A stretch of 63,509 bases of DNA, filler included, from Licmophora abbreviata (Eukaryota): the NCBI GenBank assembly GCA_900291995.1. It is 11 parts of 11 records of this genome, joined end to end, with 100 filler letters (N's around TTAATTAATTAA, not from the genome) between each part and the next. Parts side by side here need not be neighbours in the genome. Positions count along the whole stretch, not along the records: positions 20,775 to 26,420 come from OLMU01005636.1; positions 26,521 to 31,356 come from OLMU01005637.1; positions 31,457 to 39,468 come from OLMU01005638.1; 8 more parts are not named here. One strand, given 5' to 3'. Position 1 is the first letter of the stretch. Each line of letters begins with the position of its first letter. The notes under the pieces were generated by a model. It worked only from the letters and a program-made list of their open reading frames with translations. It did not search any database and was not told where the DNA came from. Position numbers and translations under genes: made by a program. This document shows positions 20,928-32,862 of the stretch, piece after piece.

Positions 20928-21573
20928 CTTCGCAACAAGGCGAGGCAGGTGTGAATGAATGATGTGTCGGTTTCCGCTTGTGACTTGTGTCGACGAGCAA
21001 TGCGAATTAATTTGAAATCCTATGAGAACTTGGAGTGTTCGCCCGCGACGTGAGACGCCCTCCCCGCGCGCCACTCCACAACGGATGACGGCCAGAAGCT
21101 GATGGAATGGTCTGCGGCGAGCTCGCAGGAACGCCGACCTCGACAGTGCGCACGCCGGTTGAACTTTGCCTTCCTCCGGATCTTGGTCGTCCGTGTTGAA
21201 CAATGCAGGGAGAGAACTGCCGGTAGAAGAATGATATCATACTGTGAGAGAGAAGAGGTGATCGCTGTGTGAAAAAGAGCACAGCAGTGACTATGGTATC
21301 AGTGTTTCTGTTGTGAAAGACATCTCTAACGTGATTTCATCCTGGGATCGAGATACCGGCACTTTGATTAGTACTATCATAGCTAGGTCTCTAGGCACGA
21401 GCTTCTGGTGCACTTCTACGCAGTGAGCAGTCCAGTAACACAGTGGGTACTAAGCCACTGGTAGAAGACATATAATACACGTAGCTCTCTGTCAAATGAA
21501 GTAGCTTTGCATACGAGGCTCAAATTGTTATAGTATGTTAGTAGTAGCAGGTGAAAAAGTAGTCACGAACGCG

Positions 21574-22269
21574 TCAGCAGTCAGCCGACTGAAAAAGTTC
21601 GCTGGCCGTGGCAACATGATGCAGCTGACACGACAGTTGACCAGAATAAGAGTCATGACGGGCTTCTGCGCTCTTCAGTTCGTCTTCAGACAGGCCTGCC
21701 ACGTTCCGTAGCAAATTTCGTCTTTGGTAATAGTTGAGGCGAATAGGAACATGATAGGGAGCTTTAGTATCGTCGATAGTCCCGTGAGACTCGACAAACT
21801 CCCACCCCAGCGCTAGGGGGAGGGAGCCACAAAATGGATGATCCCCGATAGTACGAGAGTACTCTCGTACAGATATGTTGTCGTCAAAGGAAACGGATTT
21901 TGTGTGTCGTCGTTGATGACGTGAAGACAGGTCGAGGTCTGGAAGTTCTTCTGGGCAGCTTTCGACCGACATGTCGTCGTCGTCCATGGAAGAAGATGAT
22001 GAAGAAGAGGTCCACTCGGAGGAAGAGACAGAGGAGTCAAAGTTGGGAGCGGCAGAAGCGACGGGAGAAACTTCTTGGTCGCTCGCTTTCAACAGCTCAG
22101 CGTGGGAGAGTTGGCGCAAGACGGGAAAGTCGGACCAGTCGAACGAGACTTCCACAGACGGGGACAGCGATACTCTCAGCTTGTTGTCGTCCATAGAGGA
22201 GACTCTACTTGCGATGGTAGCAGCAGGGAACGGCTCATGGTGGCAAAACAAGAGGTTGTGGACCGTCAT
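21574..22269 (-). CDS. Hypothetical protein with RVxF-like KSVSF...VREYSRTIGDHP...LALGW motif
   Basis: 231-aa ORF; Ser/Asp-rich linker followed by a motif I recognise as recurrent in diatom hypothetical proteins (CSRNP N-terminus-like). Confidence 0.7.
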   Translation of the reverse strand: MTVHNLLFCHHEPFPAATIASRVSSMDDNKLRVSLSPSVEVSFDWSDFPVLRQLSHAELLKASDQEVSPVASAAPNFDSSVSSSEWTSSSSSSSMDDDDMSVESCPEELPDLDLSSRHQRRHTKSVSFDDNISVREYSRTIGDHPFCGSLPLALGWEFVESHGTIDDTKAPYHVPIRLNYYQRRNLLRNVAGLSEDELKSAEARHDSYSGQLSCQLHHVATASELFQSADC

Positions 22270-22436
22270 GGTGGTGGTCGAGTGATGATGTTATTTTGGA
22301 AAGAATTTTTGTGATCACGCGGTTCGGAAGAGACATCGCTTGTTGCGTTTTCGCCAGCTGGTGAGCAATTGCGTGTCTTCCGGCAAGTGCGTTGCTCGTA
22401 TAGTAGAAGTCCCTGTAGACTTTGTACTGGTAACCG

Positions 22437-22637
22437 CACGTGCAGTCGTGAACGTTTTTTGCGCCACACACACAAGTGCAACCAAGACGGCACGAATGAG
22501 TCATTGACAGTTTGACAGTTAATCAGAAAGATCATCAATAGCAAAACATACGTCACGACTGTATAGTATGTGACGTGCAATACATGCTGAAGGACATGAC
22601 ATCATTAATTAGAGTTTTAAATATCCTCCAATGACGT
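22437..22637. promoter_or_regulatory. Cluster of ACGT-core bZIP-type elements in a divergent promoter
   Basis: CACGTG 22437, ACGTCA 22550, TGACGT 22571, TGACGT 22632. Confidence 0.35.
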
Positions 22638-22960
22638 ATACGTTATATTCCGGAGTTCGCGACCGAGTCATTTTGCATCAGTAGGCGGACGAAATAATGT
22701 AATAAGAGCTGTATATGTATATACCTTCTTCATCCGTGACTGACGAAAGACTCGGGCATTCTCAGTCGACTTTTTGCGCTTTTCCGTGACATGAGAGCAT
22801 GAGAGCGACACAGGCCACCAGTCCTGTTTCTCTACAACGGTAGTCAACAGCAGCCAGCAGAAGCCACGTAAGGTCGTGGTGAACGTACACATTCGTACAG
22901 CAGAGGGAAAAGAAGGATGATCAGCAACATTGGACAAATGATATTGTCGTCGCGACGAAC

Positions 22961-25900
22961 ATGAGCCGAAAAGCAAAGATAATTTTAGTTTGTGTTTTGG
23001 CGGGAAACTTGGTACCAAGCACCAGCGGCGACAGTGTGCACGCAGAATCAAGGCTTCAACGAACGCGACCGATATCTGGGCGCCAGTCACACGAATGGGG
23101 GCATGCTATAGTAGGGTCTGTGACTTCAGTCGTCGCAGGAGCAACAGCAACAGCAACAACAACAACAAACTTGAACGACTGGGGCGATGCTACGGGTCAT
23201 GGCCGTGCACTCGCTAGTACTCGCCAACGGAAGGACGACTACGAAGAAGAGAGGGAACGGGATGCTTCTACTTCGGCACATGATCGCTACAACTACCTAC
23301 TGGATAGAGACGTGAATTATCGAGGGGGCAACAACGCAGCGACAATGGACGATGGTGATACTTATTTGGACGACGGCGAACGCATACGACGTGAGCACTT
23401 TTATCCTAGGCACGACCGGGAGCGAACTGTTGATACCGAGAAGACATTGGCGCCGACTGGTAGCCCATCAGAATCACCTCAACCGAGTGTGAGGCCATCG
23501 AGGGAGCCTGTAGAGTCTCTGGTCCCGACTAAAGTACCCGAATCGACTCTGGAGCCATCTTCGGCGGAACCCACTACGCTTCCAAGTCAACTGCCATCTG
23601 CTATACCATCCTTATTCCCAAGCGAACAGCCATCAATAAGGCTGACACAAACTCCGAGTGGTTTTCCGTCTGCCGGACCTAGCCGCAATCCGTCGGTGTC
23701 ACCAACAGCCGTTTCATCGGACGTGCCCTCGACTGGTATATCAGTGAGTCTGGCTCCGTCTGGCGTTCCGGTGATAGAGTCACCAGTTCCGTCAGAAATG
23801 ATCACTGGTTCTGGTGCACCGTCTGAAATCGTCGCAACCTCGTCCGCGCCAGCAGCTGCACCTCTCACAGCGTCGCCGTCACAGGCGAAGGGGGCGAGCT
23901 CCTCAACTCCGTCACCAATGGGAGCGACCACTTCACAAGCTCCGACGACTGGGACATCCCCAACGGATTGGGTGACAGCATCACCAGCGCCGACTGGCCC
24001 AGATCGTTCCGTCACGGCTTCACCTGCGCCAACAGGTGCGCTTTTCGTACCCTCAATGCCGACTCAGGGCCAGGCAGCTCTTTCGGACTCGCCCTCGACT
24101 CAACCGATGACTGCCATTACGAGTCCAACAGCTCTACCGATCGAAAGTGAATCCATGTTCCCAACGAGCGTACCAACGAAGTTAGGCTCGGAGGCTCCAA
24201 CAAGATTATCGCCCTCTGGCGGGCCCAGTGTCCGTCCTTCAGTGACACCTGAGCCGTCACGTACTCCATTACCCCCGATTCGTTCGTTCGCCCCGTTTGC
24301 GCCGATTGCAGCACCCTTCTCGCCAGTGAGTGCTCCTTCCGAAGTGGTGCCTGTACCAAATCCCAGTGGCGCACCAAGTTTTACCGAGACCGCTAGGCCC
24401 ACTGTTTATGCTGGTATCCGAGATTTTCTGGTTCTGGCGGCAATCACCACTGATGGATCGTTGAACGATCCCGAATCTCCACAATCCAAAGCCGTGGATT
24501 CTGTCCAGGCCTCCAACCCCGCCTTGGATCCCGACAATATTAGAGATCAGTTAGAGATTGTACAGAGATATTGCCTGAGCACACTTTTCTTTGCTCTTGG
24601 TGGTGAGAATTGGATTCGACCTGATGATTGGGTCAGTTCCGCCGACGTTTGCAATTGGTTCGGTGTATCTTGTGTGAGATCACTGGTGACGTCCGTCGTC
24701 CTTGACGCGAACGGGCTGCTCGGCAGTGTTATTCCGAAAGAGATACAAGTTTTGCCTCTTCGAGTACTTTCGCTCTCTGAAAATCAAATTGCAAGCCGGT
24801 TCCCAGACATATCTCGGCTCAATGAACTAAGGATACTGAATCTGTCCGTCAACGCGATGTCTGGTTTGATTCCTGCTTCCATTGCAGACCTCTCGAGTCT
24901 GAGTCAGCTGAATTTGAGCGGCAATGGCTTCGTCGGTGATATTCCTCAAGGCATGGGTGATCTAGTCAACTTGGAAGTCTTGGATCTTTCAAGTAATCAA
25001 TTTTTCTTTGAGCCAATTCCCACTTCCTTTGGGGCCCTCGTGAATCTGGTGGAGCTCCACCTGGGAGCAAATGACTTTAGTGGGACTCTTGGGACAGAGC
25101 TTTCATCGATGACAGCTCTAGAAGTGCTGGACGTCTCTGACAACTTTCTCGAAGGCCAGGTTCCGACCGCGGTATTTGAGCTGGTAACCCTGCGTGAGCT
25201 TGAATTGTCAATGAACGCCTTCACGGGGCAGCTGCCCGAGTCCTTGTCATCTCTGTCGGCGCTTTCCATCCTAAACGTGTTTGAGAACGCCTTCGATGGG
25301 ACAATACCTGATGTATTTGATTCACTGGTAGCACTGGAAGATCTCCACTTGAGCTATAACTTCATTGACGGTCAGATTCCGAGCTCATTATGGCTAAGAG
25401 ACAGCCTAGTTTCATTTTCGTGCTTTGCGAACGAGCTAACTGGGACTCTCCCAGAAGCAGTTAACCTGCCGCTCGTCCAGTTTCTGGAGCTCGACCAGAA
25501 TTTCCTTACCGGCACATTACCATGGACATTCATCGCGGGCCTCCAGAATCTGTTTGTATTGAATCTCGGCGAGAACGACTTTACTGGAACTATTCCAGCC
25601 GAGCTTGGATCCATCGATGTTGATACATTGCTGCTGTGGGGAAATCGGCTGGAGGGAACGATCCCAAAAGAGTTGGAAACTTGGAAAATCTCTATGCCAT
25701 GGGGCTCGGGCGGAATAGCCTATCTGGTCCCATTCCGGACACAATCTTTGACTTGAGCGATGTCCTCACGATTTTTGCTGCCGAAGGAAATTCTCTCAAT
25801 GGAACCATTTCAACGTCATTCGGAGACATGACCGTGCTGAATACCCTATCTCTGGGTGACAACTCTTTCTCAGGAGGCATTCCGACGGAATTGGGGCAGC

Positions 25901-26412
25901 TTGGTGCTGTGCTCTTCGACTTGCAGCTGCAAGGAAATGAACTCACGGGAACATTGCCAACAGAACTGAGTCAGTTGCAGGCGCTGCTTCGACTCAATGT
26001 CACACAACAACTCGGAAACGGCTTGACCGGTTCACTTTTGGACTTTTCACAGCTTACTGACCTCAAAATATTTGACGTGTCGTTGAATGATTTCACAGGA
26101 GACATACCAACGAATCTTAACGCCTTGACGTTCACGACCATATTGAACCTCAACTCGAATCGACTTTCCGGTCCGATACCATCTGAACTTGGACTCATGA
26201 TAGGCTTGGAGGAGGTTCGCTTGAGCGACAATAATTTGACTGGCAGTATTCCGAGCGAACTTAGCAATCTACTTCTCCTTCAGGTGCTGGATGCCTCCGA
26301 CAATACCTTGACGGGATCTATCCCCGTGTGCACGCTGCCAGAGATTAGCAGCGTCGAGGTGGACTGTGAGGAGGTCTTATGCCAGTGTTGTGAGGGATGT
26401 AGTGGCAGATAG
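22961..26412 (+). CDS. Secreted Pro/Ser/Thr-stalk leucine-rich-repeat protein (apparent frameshift at ~25675)
   Basis: Signal peptide, PS/PT-rich stalk, QRYCLSTLFF...W...CNWFGVSC cap and plant-type LxLxxNxLxGxIP repeats. ORFs 22961-25756 and 25636-26412 join by adding one G (KELGNLENL). Cys-rich end VDCEEVLCQCCEGC. Confidence 0.85.
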
Positions 26413-26883
26413 TAGAGTAGNNNNNNNNNNNNNNNNNNNNNNNNNNNNNNNNNNNNNNNNNNNNTTAATTAATTAANNNNNNNNNNNNNNNNNNNNNNNN
26501 NNNNNNNNNNNNNNNNNNNNCACTTTGTAATACAAATTATTTCGCAGAAAGTCATAAATATGGATGACCCTCTTTTTAATTTGCATCGCGCCGAAATAAT
26601 TTTGCGACACAAACTTGGATTTATCGACTGCAGTCGGATGACCATCACACATCGCTCTATTGGACGAACGTAAAACGAGAGGCGCTTGGTCTTTGAAAGT
26701 CACGAAAACAGACGCAGAGAAGGGTTCTTTGTGTATACGTAAGACTGCTGCGTACTAGAGCTAAGAGAGAAGCCTTCTCAGTTCAGTTCAGGGTGAAACG
26801 TCGACACATTGAGTCCTAGTCCGACGACACACGAGACAGGTCACTTGCAGTTTAAATTTCCACAGCAATCGACAATCCTCAGA

Positions 26884-29800
26884 ATGCACTCCTTCTCGAA
26901 AAGACTACTACTAGGAGTCGCTCTTTCCCTTCTCACGAACACTAGCAGAGCAGAACGAAACTTTACGGCACAGCAGCTACGGAGAATACTACCACAAGAC
27001 AACCGATATCATGTTTCCCAGTCAAGTATCGAAAGTGGTATAGCCGAAACGAACGACGATCCTCAAATGGCTACGGCTGCTGCAGGTCGAGTACTCTGGG
27101 AGCAAACTGACGATGAAATCAATGAAGACATTCGAGCTAGAGGTCACGGGGAGGATCCGGTCGAACGCAATGTGACGCACAACATCTTTGAGCGACCGAC
27201 GAGCACGCCAACGAGCGAGCCCACGTCGTCTCCGACCTTTGTGCCTACCCGAACAGAAACCGTGGCCCCGACGCGTCAGGAACCTCCCGTTGTCGCACCA
27301 GTTCTGCCGCCGCTCGCTCCGATCCGACCTAGTCCTCCTATTGTCGCACCAGTGCTGCCACCACTGGCGCCCGCGGCACCGGCCTCTCCTGTGGTTGCAC
27401 CTGAAACACTGGCGCCGACGTCGCCCAACGTCTCACCGTCCACGACACCGCCTTTTGCGCCCTTTGCTCCCGTTGGAGCACCCACGGTATCGAGTCCTAC
27501 GATAATAATATCTCCCGTGGCGCCATTTGCGCCGGTCGGCGCTCCTTCGGCGCCAACACAGCCTTCGATACCGCCGGTGGCGCCCATTGTTCCTGTGGAG
27601 GCGCCCACTGCTCCCATTGTAGCAGTGACAGGGGCTCCCTCTATTGAGCCAAGCATTGCGCCGCTGGCTATAGATACAAGTGCACCGTCCAATGCGCCGA
27701 GCGTTGCACCCGTTCTCGAAAATACCAGTGCACCGTCCAATGTGCCTACTGCATTGCCTGTGGACACTAGCGTCCCATCAAGTGGACCGAGTGCTGCACC
27801 AGTATTGATAGAAACTAGCTCCCCTAGTGGCTCACCATCTACTGCCGCGGCTCCTTCGACAGTCACGACACCTCCCGTGATTGCGCCGTCTTCACCAGTG
27901 GCGCCTGTTGCACCATCAGCGCCTGCATCGGCTCCATCTGCGCCCGTGGTTTCACAAGCTCCCTCGACCACAGGGACTGCTACCCCGAATGCGCCGTCAG
28001 GTGCGGCTCCTGTAACAGCCCGCCTGCCATCTTCGCCGGTCGCCTCGACCCCCACATCTGCGCCTTCTTTAGAACAGTTACTGACGGATACACTTACCGA
28101 TGATGGTAGTCTAACCGAGACTGGTACCCCCCAAAATCTTGCCTACTTGAATCTGCAAGCAACCAAACCCGACTTGGATCCAACCAATCCCGACGACGAG
28201 GAAGCAATTCTACAAACCTACGCGTTGAATACATTGTTTTTCAGCTCGGCGGGCAGTGACTGGAATGACAATACAAATTGGGGAACTGCCGAGCAAGAGT
28301 GTGACTGGGTGGGTGTAGAGTGTGATGACGGCAGTACGACTGTTGTAGGTTTGAATCTGACCTCCAATAATCTGGAGGGGGTGCTTCCGAGTGAATTGCA
28401 GGGACTCAGAAGTGTTCGTGAGTAGAATTGAATTCAATGGGAATTGTGCGGCGGGAAGACAAGTTACATGCGCGCTAACAATTGTTTGACCCGTCGTCAT
28501 CTCTGTGTTCTATCCTTAGGCACGATTGACTTTGACGATCACTTCCTGGAAGGGTCGGTTCCCCAGGCTTACCAATCCTTGACTCAGCTGCAATCGTTGA
28601 TTCTAAGCTTTGGCTTGCTGACTGGGCCATTACCCGTTGACCAAGGGACACTGATAGAGCTACGTGAGTATTGTTCTGCTGAATCCCCAATGGTGCTCGA
28701 ATCAAAACATAGCTTATCTCTCACACGTTTGTCCCGTTTCGCAGAGACGCTGGACGTATCGACGAACTTCTTATCTGGCGAGATACCAACACAAATAGCA
28801 ACCATGACGGCTCTGACGGATCTTCGGTTGGATTTCAACGAACTCACAGGGACTATACCCACACAGTTATCCGCTTTGACAGGTCTGGAACAACTCCGTC
28901 TGGATATTAACCAGCTTTCCGGCGAAATCCCGACAGAATTGGGGTTGTTGGTATTGCTGGGACAGATGCGACTCGATCAGAATCAGCTTTCTGGGGAAAT
29001 TCCAACCGAGCTCGGAAACCTGCTACTGTTGGAAGGACTTCGTCTGGAAACGAACTCCCTGAGCGGGGCGCTCCCTTCCGAACTTGGTGTGCTGCAGGTC
29101 TTGTCAGACTTTCGAGTTGCGGACAACTTCATGTCAGGAGAGCTTCCGACGGAAATGGGGTTGCTTTCGAACTTGTCGGTCTTAACGCTAGAACTACAAA
29201 GGACGCAGAATTCTGTGGGATTCCAGGGGCCAATTCCATCAGAATTGGGGAATCTAGTGGATTTAGAAGTGTTGCTGATTGGATCAAATACATTTTCGGG
29301 TGCTATGCCGTCTGAGCTAGGAAGACTTTTGAGCTGTACACTGTTGAGCCTAGCCAACACGGAAATTTCTGGTGAGATACCGACTGAAATTGGGGCTATG
29401 TCTAGTTTGCTGCGACTGGAGCTTGGGGCCATGCAGCTCAGTGGAGAGATTCCGACAGAACTGAACAATCTTCAGCTATTGCAGTTCATAGACCTGGGTT
29501 TGAACTCGCTATCGGGAGCACAGATACCGTTCGCATTTGGGTCCGGCCTATTCTCAGATCTCGAAGTTCTGAGCTTGGAGCGAAACCTGCTAGAAGGCTC
29601 GATCCCAAGTGGAATTGAGTCATCAGAAGCACTGGTCCTTCTGAATATTGCATTCAATAAGCTCACCGGATCTATCGCAACTGAGATTGGTCTGCTGACA
29701 AATCTACTGGAAATACAGTTGTGGGGAAATGTGTTGTCAGGTCCAATACCGAGTGAGCTGGGAAACTTGTTGAGCCTGCTGACCGTCGACCTTTCCGAGA

Positions 29801-30084
29801 ACCAGTTCCTTACTGGAACAATCCCCGAGTCACTCGGGAACTTGCTGGATCTGAAGCGACTCTCTCTTTACAACAACACATTCACGGGCGAGATCCCGAC
29901 ACAGTTGTCGAACTTGCTTGAATTGGAGGTCGGTCTGTTTTTCACGAATGAGCTCACAGGCACCGTTCCTGAGGGCGTATGCGACATTGCTCGAAACGAA
30001 AACTTGACCATTCTAGTAGTAGATTGCGCGGGTGATGACCCCGAAGTTCAGTGTGCCGCCGACTGCTGTTCGGAATGCTTATAG
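26884..30084 (+). CDS. Secreted Pro-rich-stalk LRR protein, paralog of the previous gene; introns 28418-28519 and 28664-28744
   Basis: Signal peptide MHSFSKRLLLGVALSLL; APxAP stalk; QTYALNTLFF..W..CDWVGVEC cap; GTGAGT..TAG and GTGAGT..CAG introns restore the LRR register; C-terminal VDC...CAADCCSEC. Confidence 0.88.
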
Positions 30085-30305
30085 CAGTGGTCAACTGGGG
30101 ATAATGATAGACACTTGGTTGTATATTTCACGAAGACGAGGGCAGCAAATTCGTTCACTTTTTTACTAGCAGGAGGCATATACAAGGCAAGATTGCCATT
30201 AAGCTTATAAGTTCATGCCATCAGTGGGCTGCCTGCATCCATTCTCTACGGTGTCGAGCGCTTCGATAGCACTCCAACACAAATAAGTAGACTACTCGTA
30301 CACCT

Positions 30306-32096
30306 TCACTTCGCCTCTTCTTGATGTCCCTCATGCTGCTCCGACGACACAAAGTCCAGCAAATCAATCCGTGTTACAATTCCGCTCACAACACTCCTCG
30401 TAATGACTCTCGGTTCCCCACGTTGATTCGAGGTTCCGTTCGACGCGACCACATCTTCTCCATTGGCACTACCCGTATCTGCGCTTCCTTGCTCTACTTC
30501 CTTATTACTTTCCGTCTTCCGGCGCTTCTTAGCATGCACATGGCTTCCACGGAAGCACCTCTGCTCCGTTACAATTAATACATAGGGCTCATGATCCAAT
30601 GCTTGGGCCAAGTCCGCCAATGTGTCACTCATGGCAAACTTATGAAATGTCTTGTAGATCACACCGGCATCCTGCACAGTCGTATTGGACGTTGTCCGCC
30701 CGCTCAACAGTCGATTCGTCATGTTACCTTCTGTCACCACTCCAAGCAACTGTTGTGTATCTGTATCCAACACGGGAACCATGTCGAAGCCTTCTTGTTT
30801 CAAAAGCGCAATCGCGTCCTTGCAAGTGACATCGCAGGTAATTGTGAGGGGCGTATTGTTGAGGGGCAAGTCCGAAATGCGTTTGCTTGCCCACCACGTC
30901 TGGAACTGTTTTGGTTGAATCAAATCGTGGTCGACAAAGCCGTGATCCAACATCCAATCGTCGCTTAGCGCCTTGGTCATGTAATTCCTCACGCTATCCG
31001 GAAGGATCACAACGCACGTTTGATCCTTGGTTAGATCCTTGGCCGCCTCCAGGGCACAACTGACAGCGGCTCCACTACTACCTCCACACAAGAGTCCCTC
31101 ATAGCGAATCAGCTTTCGCATCATGACGAGAGATTCCGTGTCATTGGACTTGATCCAGGAGTCGACGACCTTGCGTTCCAGCACGTCTGGAATGAAGTCA
31201 TATCCGATACCCTCGACATGGTAGGGTTCCAACTTGTGTACTGCATTCAAGGACTCTGGCTGTGCCAATATACTTCCCTCCGGATCGACCCCGACTACTT
31301 GCATATCTGGGTAGACTTCTTTCAGTCGCTTGGAGAGTCCCGTAATGGTCCCTCCANNNNNNNNNNNNNNNNNNNNNNNNNNNNNNNNNNNNNNNNNNNN
31401 TTAATTAATTAANNNNNNNNNNNNNNNNNNNNNNNNNNNNNNNNNNNNNNNNNNNNCAACTGTGTGCCGTTCAATTGTCGAACAATCTCATTCGCAGTGT
31501 ACATGTAATGGGCATTCGGATTCGAAGGATTCTGGTATTGATCGAGAATATGTGAATTGGGCAATTCATGTTGCAGTCTCTTGGCCACCGAAATGTGACT
31601 GTCCGGAGCATCAAAGGCGGCTTCTGTCGGAGTACGAACAATCTCTGCTCCCAATGCCTTGAGGACTCTCACTTTTTCCTTTGCTCATTTTCTCAGGCAT
31701 GGTAATGATGCACTTGTAATTCTTGACCGCCGCAGTAATGGCAAGTCCAATACCAGTATTTCCCGAAGTCGGTTCAATCAGGGTATCCCCGGACTGAATA
31801 CGCTGGGACGATTCGGCATCCAGTACCATTTGCTTACCAATCCGGTCTTTGACGGACCCACCGGCATTGAGAAATTCGCACTTCACAAGGAGCTGACACT
31901 TCAAGGGCTGCTGCTGGTTTTTCTGCTGAGGTATCTTGTTAAGTCTTACAAGAGGAGTCTCACCAATGGCGTCGAGGATGCTATCGCAGATGCGGTAAGA
32001 GTTGGAAACTGGAGATTTGATTTCTTTCGCATTGGGAGAGTCTGCAGGCTTGCCGTTGTCACTGCCATTGGTCTGTTTCGACTTGAGCCGACCCAT
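30306..32096 (-). CDS. CBS: Cystathionine beta-synthase (PLP domain + C-terminal CBS domains); spans gap, apparent frameshift at ~31680-31682
   Basis: [16 protein letters not shown] (PLP Lys), [52 protein letters not shown]-terminal CBS pair. Removing one A gives [17 protein letters not shown]. Confidence 0.93.
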
Positions 32097-32862
32097 GATG
32101 TTAGAATATGCAAGTAGTTATGGTAGCAGTTTCGGGGTGGGTTCAGCAAAGGCGATTCAAAGTAAGAGATTCAACGAATGACTTTGTTGACACCCTTGAA
32201 CGGCTCTCAAGTCTTAGTTGTGTGATGTTTCTCAGTTTTGGCTCCACGCGGCGGTTGGCACTCTCAGTCGAAGTAGTCAAAGACGAGGTCAGCACCAAAA
32301 GCCGGGCGAGCATACGAAAATGCCCTTCAAGTCACAAGGATGAGTCACGCGTGACTCGTTTGGACATCCCAAGAGGAGCAGATCGACACTGGGCCCACGC
32401 TATCTTGATGACAACGGCGAACATGCATCGTCACCATCGTCCTCATGGTCACGACAAGACGTGTTTTGGACTGGAACACTTATTTTCATGCCATCATCCT
32501 GGTAGATTGAATCAATCAGCCCAGTAGTGTTTCTACCAATGACACAAAAGTCATTCTCGAGGACATTCAACATCATAAATGCCATCACGAGACGCCCGCA
32601 CAGTCACGAGTACCACCGGAGGGGCTTGTTGCGCCTACCGGGATATTTCTGGACGAATCTCAAGCATCCGAATGTCACCCCACTATCAGTAACAACAACA
32701 GCAGCAGCAGCAGCAACGAGACGAAAGCAATATAAAAATATAAAATCACGCGTCCAGCGGCGCTTTTATGGGCGACATTTGTGTCAATTTTGACGAGAAA
32801 CCAGAAGAAGTATCATTGACTGACATATCGCGATATATCTCACAGCAACGAGGCCATTCATC

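Noticed and set aside
27276..28055. Gly/Ala-rich antisense ORFs (also 23587-24015, 34282-34668, 9968-10558, 451-633, 13834-14601, 54614-55585, 60263-61333)
   Set aside because: Shadows of real genes on the opposite strand
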